Positions 8,095-15,297 of a stretch of DNA of 64,000 nucleotides are shown piece after piece; position 1 is the first letter of the stretch; the number at the start of each line of letters is the position of its first letter. The stretch lies in NCBI GenBank assembly GCA_009699605.1, contig WLNW01000001.1:8960-72959 (forward strand), in the 5' to 3' direction. The translations under genes were made by a program, and so were the position numbers. The notes beneath the pieces are model-generated. The model was not told where the DNA came from. It saw only the letters and a program-made list of their open reading frames with translations, and did not search any database. Origin of the DNA: Actinomycetota bacterium (GTDB lineage: Bacteria; Actinomycetota; Acidimicrobiia; Acidimicrobiales; WLNW01).

Positions 8095-9194
8095 GAGAAA
8101 ATCCCCTTCACCATGCGGAGGCCCTTCTTCGCCGCACCTGCGCCGCCACCGACGATGTCGGCCACGCCGCCGGCGACCGCACGCGGATTCACGCTGACGT
8201 CGACGCCCACGTTGAACCCGAGCCCGATCGTGGCCCCGAGATCCACAGCGAACGAGATCTTGTCGAGGCCGATGTCGGCTTCGGCCTTGTACTGCGCGCC
8301 GACACCGGCGCTCACGCCGGCATGCGGCCGAGCGACCACGCCCAGCACGGATACCTCACCTTCGACCTCCGCCTCGGCGCCGACGAGGATGCGACCTTCG
8401 ACCTCGGCCTGTACGCCATGGAGTCCGACCTTGACGGTGGCCTCGCCTTCGATCGCCGCGCCGCCGAACACCCGTGCCGCTACCCCGGCGCCGAGTGCAG
8501 CGTTGCCGACCGATGCTGTTGCCGAGACCGCAACGCCGATCTCGACCCGACCGCCGACGGTGAGATGGGCCTCGCGGTTGCTGACCCCGGCATTGGCCTG
8601 GACCGTCATGCCGAGGCCGGCGTGCGCGTGGAGATCGAGGTGCGCCTTATCAGTGCCGAATCGGCGCGTCCCGCCGGCGCCCGTCAACGACGAACGCGCC
8701 ACGTTGGCGAGCGACATCTCGGTCGTCGTCGACGTCCAACCATCCTGCACCGAACCATTGCCGACGCTGAGCTTGTGGCTACGGGCGGCTCGGTCGAGGG
8801 GCCCCGACATCTCGCCGGCGTAGATCCGGCGTACACCGCGGGCGTAGCGCCGTGTGTGACTCGAGGTGTTTCCCGAGGACAACTGCGTCCAGGGGCTTGT
8901 GCCGGCCCAGAGCCACCCGTCGTTCACCGCAGCAAGGGTCGCGTCAGCCGCGGTGAGCGCCTCGGAAACGTCGCGCACGAACATCGCGAGATCGTCGAGG
9001 GACCGCGCGAGCTCCCCAAGGTCGCTCGCGGCGTTCATGGTCTCGGCCACCAGCATGGTCGTGCCGGTCGTCAACGGGATGATGTCGAGCGACCGGCCCA
9101 GCGCCGTGCGCAGCGCTCCGTGCGCGTCCGCCTGGGAGCGCAGGCGCCACGCGAGGTCGGCGAGAACTTGGGGCTCCCCCGCAACCGCGCTCAC
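8091..9194 (-). CDS. hypothetical secreted/pore-like protein: helical N-terminal domain plus Gly/Ala/Val-rich amphipathic beta-repeat C-terminal half with terminal glycine zipper
   Basis: 367 aa from the GTG that overlaps the TGA of the upstream gene. Very high GC3 in this frame (checked on ...GGC GCG CAG TAC AAG GCC GAA GCC GAC ATC GGC CTC...). The opposite-strand 501-aa ORF is Arg-rich junk. No family is recognised. Confidence 0.7.
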   Translation of the reverse strand: MSAVAGEPQVLADLAWRLRSQADAHGALRTALGRSLDIIPLTTGTTMLVAETMNAASDLGELARSLDDLAMFVRDVSEALTAADATLAAVNDGWLWAGTSPWTQLSSGNTSSHTRRYARGVRRIYAGEMSGPLDRAARSHKLSVGNGSVQDGWTSTTTEMSLANVARSSLTGAGGTRRFGTDKAHLDLHAHAGLGMTVQANAGVSNREAHLTVGGRVEIGVAVSATASVGNAALGAGVAARVFGGAAIEGEATVKVGLHGVQAEVEGRILVGAEAEVEGEVSVLGVVARPHAGVSAGVGAQYKAEADIGLDKISFAVDLGATIGLGFNVGVDVSVNPRAVAGGVADIVGGGAGAAKKGLRMVKGIFS

Positions 9195-9472
9195 GAGCAC
9201 ACCTGTTCGTCGCGCGCTCGGCGCCCGGCGAGGGCGACCAATGCGAGCGCCTCGTTCACCCGGCGAACGCGTAGCTCGATCTCGCGGATGGCGGCCTCGA
9301 ACCGATCACGGTGGCCGCCCTGCCACCCGTCGGTTAGGGCGGTGTCACGGCGCCGACCGTCGGCAAGGGCGTCGAGCCGGCTCCGCACCAACGCCACCGC
9401 GTCGTCGAGGCCCTCCATGGCCGAGGACGACTCAGGGGGCGCGGACGGCGGTACGGCAGGTTCGAGTGGCAC
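9191..9472 (-). CDS. small helical WXG100-like protein (first gene of operon)
   Basis: 93 aa from GTG 9472 (or 75 aa from ATG 9418). Two predicted helices flank ...LTDGWQGGHRDRF..., which fits a W-x-G turn followed by an aromatic residue. Its stop overlaps the next gene's start. Confidence 0.55.
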   Translation of the reverse strand: MPLEPAVPPSAPPESSSAMEGLDDAVALVRSRLDALADGRRRDTALTDGWQGGHRDRFEAAIREIELRVRRVNEALALVALAGRRARDEQVCS

Positions 9473-9480
9473 CCCAACAG

Positions 9481-9520
9481 CCTGTCATGTTATTTGAGTA
9501 TTTATCAATAGCTCTCACAC
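9481..9520 (-). promoter_or_regulatory. AT-rich island, candidate promoter of the WXG-like operon
   Basis: The 25-nt core 9487-9511 (atgttatttgagtatttatcaatag) has 5 G/C by hand count (20 % GC) in a ~70 % GC window. On the minus strand it reads ...TTGATAaatactcaaaTAACATgacagg... 10-40 nt upstream of GTG 9472. The hexamer spacing is not canonical. Confidence 0.35.
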
Positions 9521-9544
9521 CAGCTTCGGCCGTTCAGCGCTGCT

Positions 9545-9937
9545 TCAGCGCAGGTAGAACGCGGCGCCGGTGATCGTGACGTTCAGAGACGCCAAATACG
9601 CGATGAACGAGACCGCTGTGCCCACGACCATGAGCGCGACGCCCACGATCTGCGACGGGCCATGGCGAGCATCTTCTGCTCGCCGCCTGACATCGTTCCG
9701 GCCAGCTGCTTGCAGCGTTCGCCGAGGCAAGGGAAGCGCGTGTACGACACGTCTTCGACGTGGGCCAGCTTCACCCCCGCTCGGGTTCTTGCCCAGGCTG
9801 ATGCCGATGAGCGCCGGCATCACTGCGGTGGATGACGCAAGAAACGTGAACCACCGGCGGAACGCCCTGTATTCGTGGCCGAGCTTGGTGAGGATGTTGG
9901 ATCCCCAGCGCTTTCGGCCCGCTTCGGAGCCGTTCAC
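9545..9937 (-). pseudogene. frameshifted remnants of a branched-chain-amino-acid-type ABC transporter (permease C-terminus plus ATPase signature region)
   Basis: The frame of ORF 9583..9774 contains [27 protein letters not shown], an ABC signature (LSGGQ-type) block as in LivF-like ATPases. The adjacent frame (9545..9937) carries hydrophobic permease-like and ...AAFYLR* tail fragments. No intact Walker A/B is present and the pieces sit in different frames. Confidence 0.45.
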
Positions 9938-9990
9938 TACACTCGCCCGCGCCGGCTCGGACCTGTGCCGGGACCCGACCAGGAGGGCCT

Positions 9991-10935
9991 ATGGGCTCCA
10001 TCGTTCCCGCCGGCCAGCTCGTGTGGGGCACCCAGATGCCCATCCAGATGCACTCGCTCTCGCGTCGCGAGGAATGGGAGCCTGCAGCGCCAGTACGCGA
10101 ACTCGTGGCCGTGGCCAAGGCGGCTGACGACGCGGGCGCGTTCTTCGTGGGTGTGTGCGATCACGTGGCGCTCCCCTACGACGCGTACACCGAGAAGATG
10201 AGCCCCACGTGGTACGACACCGTCGCCACGCTCGGTTACCTCGCCGCCCATACCGACCACGTCCGGTTGCTGGCCTCGGTCGTCATTGCGGCATACCGCC
10301 ATCCGCTGGTGATCTCCAAGGCGTTCTCCACGCTCGATCACCTGTCCGAGGGCCGGGCCGTGCTCGGCGTGGGCGCCGGCCACGTCGCGGGTGAGTTCGC
10401 GGCGCTGGGCGTCGACTTCGCGAAGCGGGGTGAGATCACCGACGAGACGATCGATGCCGTGCGCGGGGCCTTCCAGAACGAATACAGCGAGCATCATGGC
10501 GCCCACTTCGACTATGGGCCGGTCGGCCAAGGACCGCGACCGGTGGCGGGCGACGTGCCGATCTGGATCGGCGGCTCCAGCAAGCCCGCGCTGCGCCGCG
10601 TAGCCGAGCGCGGTGATGGTTGGATCCCCCAGGGCACGCCCCGGGCCGAGATGCGGGCCTGCGTCGACTACATCCACGCGCATCGCGACAAGACGCGGCC
10701 GGGGGCCGCGCTCGACCTCGGGTTCTTCCCCGAAAACATCTACGTCGGTCGGGCCGGCTGGGACATCGGGCCGACCGCACTCACCGGTGACCCCGAACCG
10801 ATCGCCGAGTCGCTCCGAGAGGCGAGCGACCTCGGGTGCAACGCGCTGCACATCCGTCTGCGTAGCCGCTCCGCGAGCGAGCTGTGCGACCAGCTCGCCG
10901 CGTTCGGCCGCGACGTCGCCCCACTCCTCAACTAA
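9991..10935 (+). CDS. luciferase-like monooxygenase (LLM, F420-dependent-type) oxidoreductase
   Basis: 314 aa. ...RLLASVVIAAYRHPLVISKAFSTLDHLSEGRAVLGVGAGH...IWIGGSS are typical LLM blocks. Confidence 0.85.
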   Translation: MGSIVPAGQLVWGTQMPIQMHSLSRREEWEPAAPVRELVAVAKAADDAGAFFVGVCDHVALPYDAYTEKMSPTWYDTVATLGYLAAHTDHVRLLASVVIAAYRHPLVISKAFSTLDHLSEGRAVLGVGAGHVAGEFAALGVDFAKRGEITDETIDAVRGAFQNEYSEHHGAHFDYGPVGQGPRPVAGDVPIWIGGSSKPALRRVAERGDGWIPQGTPRAEMRACVDYIHAHRDKTRPGAALDLGFFPENIYVGRAGWDIGPTALTGDPEPIAESLREASDLGCNALHIRLRSRSASELCDQLAAFGRDVAPLLN

Positions 10936-10942
10936 CCCCCGC

Positions 10943-11746
10943 CTACCAGAGCATCGAAACCCCGCCGTTGGGGCGCAACACCTGGCCGGTCACGAACTTG
11001 GCCGCGTCGGAGGCCAGGTACAACATCGCAAAGGCCTGGTCATTCGGCTCCCCGGGGATGCCCATCACCGACATCTTGGAGCGTTGCGCGACGTAGGCGG
11101 CCTTGCGTTCCGGATCGACGGTGCCGTCCTCGCGGAGCACGTGCCGTTCGTTCATCGGCGTGTCGACCCAGCCCGGGGCGACGGTGTTGACGCGCACCTG
11201 ATGAGGGCCAAGCTCGGCGGCGAGCGAACGGCTGAACTGCGCGGCGGCGGCCTTGGCCGTGGCGTAGGCGATCATGAACGGGGTCGGCGCGTCGACAGCG
11301 CCGCTGGTGATGTTGATGATGCTGCCCTTGCGCTTCGGGATCATGGCCCGCGCTGCGGCCTGCGAGCCGTAGACCACGCCGCGAAAGTTCACCGCATGCA
11401 CCCGGTCGAGCTCGTCCTCGGTGACATCGAGCGGACCTGACTCGGTGATGATCCCGGCGTTGTTGATCATGACGTCGAGCCGGCCGTGCCGGGCCAAGAC
11501 GTCGGCGACCAACGCGTCGACCTCGAGCCGCTTCGACACGTCGACCTCGGCCGAGTCGGCCGAGTAGCCAGCGGCGCGCAACTCGGCCGCCGTGGCAGCC
11601 GCGAGCTCGGCCCGGTTGTCGACGATCACGACGTGCGCCCCCACGTCGGCGAGCAGCGTCGCTGCGGCCTTCCCGAGACCTCGTGCGGCGCCGGTGATGA
11701 TCGCGACCCGGCCGGTCATGTCATAGGTGTCCTGAACGATTCCCAT
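10943..11746 (-). CDS. short-chain dehydrogenase/reductase (SDR)
   Basis: ITGAARGLGKA Rossmann motif and YATAKAA (YxxxK). The start is either Met 11746 or Met 11719. Confidence 0.9.
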   Translation of the reverse strand: MGIVQDTYDMTGRVAIITGAARGLGKAAATLLADVGAHVVIVDNRAELAAATAAELRAAGYSADSAEVDVSKRLEVDALVADVLARHGRLDVMINNAGIITESGPLDVTEDELDRVHAVNFRGVVYGSQAAARAMIPKRKGSIINITSGAVDAPTPFMIAYATAKAAAAQFSRSLAAELGPHQVRVNTVAPGWVDTPMNERHVLREDGTVDPERKAAYVAQRSKMSVMGIPGEPNDQAFAMLYLASDAAKFVTGQVLRPNGGVSMLW

Positions 11747-11902
11747 GACCGGGAGTTCATCACGTCGGGGCGACCAACCACGGCTCGTCACAGAACTGCA
11801 ATGCGCCGTTTCGCCGAAAGGCCCCCGACGCCATTGACTTCCGCTCTAGGGTGCCGAAGCTTTGAGGGCTACCGGTCAACGACGCCCGGGGGGGTTTCTC
11901 AC

Positions 11903-12142
11903 ATGAATACACCCATCTGTCTGCTGTGCAACGCACGCGGTGCCACGCATCGTCCGGGCCGTCTCGGCCGCTACGCACAGACCTGCGATCGCTGCGAGCA
12001 GCGACGCGGATCCCACCTGGAACGCGCCACGTCCGAGGTGAGCCGGCCGGTGACCGAAAGGCCCCTGGTCGAGCGCGCCAGCGTGTCGGTCACAGCCACT
12101 GGCCAGGTACAAGCCCTGCAGTGGAGCGCCCGCCCCCGCTGA
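11903..12142 (+). CDS. possible small zinc-ribbon protein (79 aa)
   Basis: MNTPICLLCNARGATHRPGRLGRYAQTCDRCEQRRG... has a CxxC...CxxC arrangement and sits in an otherwise unassigned 460-bp gap. No clear RBS and no family recognised. Confidence 0.3.
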   Translation: MNTPICLLCNARGATHRPGRLGRYAQTCDRCEQRRGSHLERATSEVSRPVTERPLVERASVSVTATGQVQALQWSARPR

Positions 12143-12156
12143 CCGACGCGGCCGAG

Positions 12157-12193
12157 ATCGCGCTGAGCCACACCTGATGTGGCCGAGCGCGAT
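12157..12193. terminator. strong imperfect hairpin between convergent genes
   Basis: ATCGCGCTGAGCCACA-cctga-TGTGGCCGAGCGCGAT: 14 of 16 positions pair, with a 5-nt loop. There is no U-tract, so it would be a factor-independent terminator only in the loose actinobacterial sense. Confidence 0.3.
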
Positions 12194-12208
12194 GTCAGCG
12201 ACGGATGG

Positions 12209-13210
12209 TCAGATACCGAGCGAACGACCGATGCGGTCGCGATGGAACGATGCGTCACCCCACGAGGCGGCGAGCGCCCAGCCCCGCTTCATCCATAGGT
12301 GTAGGTCATATTCGAACGTGTAGCCGATCGCGCCGTGGCACTGCAACGCCATACGCGCCGCCTTGTCGACGGCGTCGGACGCCGCAGCCTTGGCCAGGGA
12401 CACGTCGCGCCCACGATGCGGGGTGGAGTTCGCCACTGCGTACGCGGCCACGTAAGCCAGGGGGCGGGCGAACTCCGTGGCAATGAGCGCGTTCGCGATG
12501 TGGTGTTTGACCGCCTGATACGAACCGACGACCTTGCCGAACTGCTCGCGCTGGCCCACGTAGTCGACGGTGACCTCGATGAGGGTCTGTGCGATGCCCA
12601 CGCACTGGGCCGCCGCGGCCAGCGCGCCCCGATCGCACGCATCGACTACGGCCTGCTGCGCGGCAGGGCCCTTGGCCAGCAGCGTGGCATCGCTCGGGGT
12701 CCAGGCCACCGAGAACAAGCGGCGCGAGTAATCGACGGAGCGTTGCGCGGTGAGGGTCACGTCGGCCGCGGGAACCGCGTGCACTTCATCTTCGTGCACC
12801 AGCAACAGCACATCGGCTTGGTCGGCGTAGAGCACGTACGGCGACCCAACCCCGACGCCAACGATGACCTCGCCCGCCGCGGCCTTGGCCAACCATGCCG
12901 ACTCGCCGAGCTCGGCGAGCAGCGGCAGCGCAACCGCGGTGTGCTCGATGAGCACCTCGGGCAACGCGGCGCGGCCCGCCTCCTCCTGCAACAGCACGAG
13001 GTCGACCTCGTTCATGCCCATTCCACCAGCGGCTTCGGGTGCGGTGAGCGCAGCGACACCCATGTCGACGAGCTTGTCCCAAAGGCCCGGCACGCGACCC
13101 GTGGGGTTCAGCCATGCGGCGCGCACCGCCTCTGGCTTGCACTCGTTGGCCAGCAGGTCGCGCACGGTGTCGCGGAACAGCAGTTGATCTTCGGTGAATG
13201 CGAATTGCAT
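12209..13210 (-). CDS. acyl-CoA dehydrogenase-family protein, short (beta-type) subunit of a tandem pair
   Basis: 333 aa from MQFAFTEDQLLFRDTVRDLL. C-term ...QCHGAIGYTFEYDLHLWMKRGWALAASWGD. Sits directly downstream (10-nt gap) of the 392-aa ACAD. Confidence 0.85.
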   Translation of the reverse strand: MQFAFTEDQLLFRDTVRDLLANECKPEAVRAAWLNPTGRVPGLWDKLVDMGVAALTAPEAAGGMGMNEVDLVLLQEEAGRAALPEVLIEHTAVALPLLAELGESAWLAKAAAGEVIVGVGVGSPYVLYADQADVLLLVHEDEVHAVPAADVTLTAQRSVDYSRRLFSVAWTPSDATLLAKGPAAQQAVVDACDRGALAAAAQCVGIAQTLIEVTVDYVGQREQFGKVVGSYQAVKHHIANALIATEFARPLAYVAAYAVANSTPHRGRDVSLAKAAASDAVDKAARMALQCHGAIGYTFEYDLHLWMKRGWALAASWGDASFHRDRIGRSLGI

Positions 13211-13220
13211 GGCGCTTCCC

Positions 13221-14399
13221 TTACCGCGGCAGCCCGAGCACGCGCTCGGCGATGATGTTGCGTTGGATCTCGTTGGTGCCCGCGTAGATGGGGCCGGACA
13301 GCGCGAACTGGTAGCCGTCCATCCAGGTGCCGTCATCGACGGCGTCAGGGGCGTCGCCCATGAGCTCGCCCTGGGCGCCCGCCAGACGAAGCGCGGTTGC
13401 GTGGATCTCGACGTCCATCTCGGACCAGAACACCTTCATCAGACTCGCCTCGGGCCCCATGTGACCGCCGCCCATGAGGCGCGTCGCGGTGGAGAACGTG
13501 AACCAGCGGTACGCCTGTGCGTTCATCCAGTTGCGGATGATCTGATCGCGCAGCGTCGGATCAACGCCACCGACGCGCTCGTCGCGGGCCTCGCTCATTC
13601 GCTGGAACAGTTCGACGGCGCGTTCGGCGGGCGCCATGAAGCGGCCCGGGCTGCGCAGGTTGAGCCCACGTTCGCTCGACGCGGTGGCCATGGCCACGTT
13701 CCAGCCTTGGCCCTCGCCGCCGAGGATCATGGACTCGTGCACGCTCGCGTCCTCGAAGAACAGCTCGGCAAAGCCCGGCTCGCCGTCGAGGCGGCCGACC
13801 GGGTTGCGCTCCATGCCAGGCGTGTCAGCGGGAACCAGGAAGTACGTGAGCCCCTTGTGGCGTTGCGCCTCGGGGTCGGTGCGGAAGATGCAGAAGATCC
13901 AGTCGGCGAAGGCACCGCGCGAGCACCAGGTCTTTTGTCCATTGACCACGAAGTGGTCGCCATCGCGCACCGCTTTGGTCTTGAGCCCGGCCAGGTCGCT
14001 ACCCGCGTTCGGCTCGCTCCAGCCCTGCGCCCAGATCTCGTCGCCACTGGCCATCTTCGGGAGAAAGCGATCCTTCTGCTCCTCGGTGCCGAAGCCGAAG
14101 ATCGTGGGGCCGAGCAAAGTGACCCCGTTCGCACTGACGCGGCCCGGCGCGCCGGAGCGGTAGTACTCCTCTTCGAAGATCAGCCACTCGATGAGCGTGC
14201 AGTCGCGGCCACCGTACTTCTCGGGCCACGAGACGACCGACCAACGGTCGGCGTGCAGTTCCTTCTCCCACCCGCGGTGTTGCTCGAAGCCGTCCGCGGT
14301 GTCCATCGATCGCAACGACTTGGCCGGCACGTGCTGTTGGAGCCATGAGCGGATGTCGTGGCGGAACGACTCTTCGGCCTCGGTGAAGGTGAGATCCAT
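13221..14399 (-). CDS. acyl-CoA dehydrogenase, long subunit of a tandem pair
   Basis: 392 aa. MDLTFTEAEESFRHDIRSWL, GWSEPNAGSDLAGL, ...IYAGTNEIQRNIIAERVLGLP. Confidence 0.9.
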   Translation of the reverse strand: MDLTFTEAEESFRHDIRSWLQQHVPAKSLRSMDTADGFEQHRGWEKELHADRWSVVSWPEKYGGRDCTLIEWLIFEEEYYRSGAPGRVSANGVTLLGPTIFGFGTEEQKDRFLPKMASGDEIWAQGWSEPNAGSDLAGLKTKAVRDGDHFVVNGQKTWCSRGAFADWIFCIFRTDPEAQRHKGLTYFLVPADTPGMERNPVGRLDGEPGFAELFFEDASVHESMILGGEGQGWNVAMATASSERGLNLRSPGRFMAPAERAVELFQRMSEARDERVGGVDPTLRDQIIRNWMNAQAYRWFTFSTATRLMGGGHMGPEASLMKVFWSEMDVEIHATALRLAGAQGELMGDAPDAVDDGTWMDGYQFALSGPIYAGTNEIQRNIIAERVLGLPR

Positions 14400-14405
14400 A
14401 CCTGC

Positions 14406-15290
14406 CTACTTGAGCTTCTCGGCCATCGACCGGGCGTTCTGCCCGGCCAAATGGTTCTCGGTTGTGAGTTCGTTGTGCGCGTGCGCCAGATGATGCATGT
14501 GATAGGTGCCGTCGATGGTGTCGCGCAGACCTTGTTGGTCCTCGGCGAAGTTGACGGCCCGCTTCGTGAGCGCCAGACCGAAGCGGGGCATCTCGGCGAT
14601 GCGGCTCGCGAGCGCGAGCGTGGCCGACTCGAGGTCGGTGTCGGGCACCACGCGATTGATCATGCCAACCTCGTATGCCCGCGACGCCGGCATACGGTCG
14701 CCGGTCATGAGGAACTCCTTCGCGATGCGCGGCGGCATCACGAACGGATGGGCGAACCACTCGGCCCCCGGCACGCCCATGCGGATGACTGCATCGGCGA
14801 AGAAGGCGGTGTCGCTCGCGACGATGAGATCACAGGTCCACGCGAGCATCAGCCCGCCGCTGACGCAGGCGCCTCGCACCGACGCGATGATGGGCTTGGG
14901 GATCTCGCGCCAACGACGACACATACCGAGGTACTGCTCGTTCTCGCGGGCGTAGTGGCGCTCGGCGCCCGCCTTGTCGGCATGGCCGTAGTGCAGCGTG
15001 GCCACGCGCGGGTAGTCGAGGTCGACGTCGCGACCCGGCGAGCCGATGTCGTGCCCCGCGGAGAAGTGCTTGCCCGCACCGCGCAGCACAATGACCTTGA
15101 CTGAATCGTCCTCGACCGCCCGGTGATAGGCATCGTCGATGGCATAGGTCATGCGCCCGTTCTGGGCGTTCGCGAACCCCGACCGCGCCAGCGTGACGAA
15201 CGCGACGGGACCTTCGGTTGAGTAGCTGACGACCTCGGCCTCGGCCTCGAGGTTCGGTGCCGGCCGCTGATCATCCGGAGCTGCTGCCAT
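14406..15290 (-). CDS. enoyl-CoA hydratase/isomerase (crotonase) family protein
   Basis: VAFVTLARSG...VKVIVLRGAGKHFSAGHD... is the crotonase oxyanion-hole region. 294 aa. Confidence 0.9.
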   Translation of the reverse strand: MAAAPDDQRPAPNLEAEAEVVSYSTEGPVAFVTLARSGFANAQNGRMTYAIDDAYHRAVEDDSVKVIVLRGAGKHFSAGHDIGSPGRDVDLDYPRVATLHYGHADKAGAERHYARENEQYLGMCRRWREIPKPIIASVRGACVSGGLMLAWTCDLIVASDTAFFADAVIRMGVPGAEWFAHPFVMPPRIAKEFLMTGDRMPASRAYEVGMINRVVPDTDLESATLALASRIAEMPRFGLALTKRAVNFAEDQQGLRDTIDGTYHMHHLAHAHNELTTENHLAGQNARSMAEKLK

Positions 15291-15297
15291 GGAGGCG

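Noticed and set aside
7992-9497. 501-aa plus-strand ORF (and the 236-aa ORF 8113..8823) covering the WXG-like operon on the opposite strand
   Set aside because: The translations are Arg/Pro/Ala/His-rich with low-complexity runs typical of off-frame reading of high-GC DNA. The minus-strand frames have protein-like composition, very high GC3 and coupled GTGA junctions.
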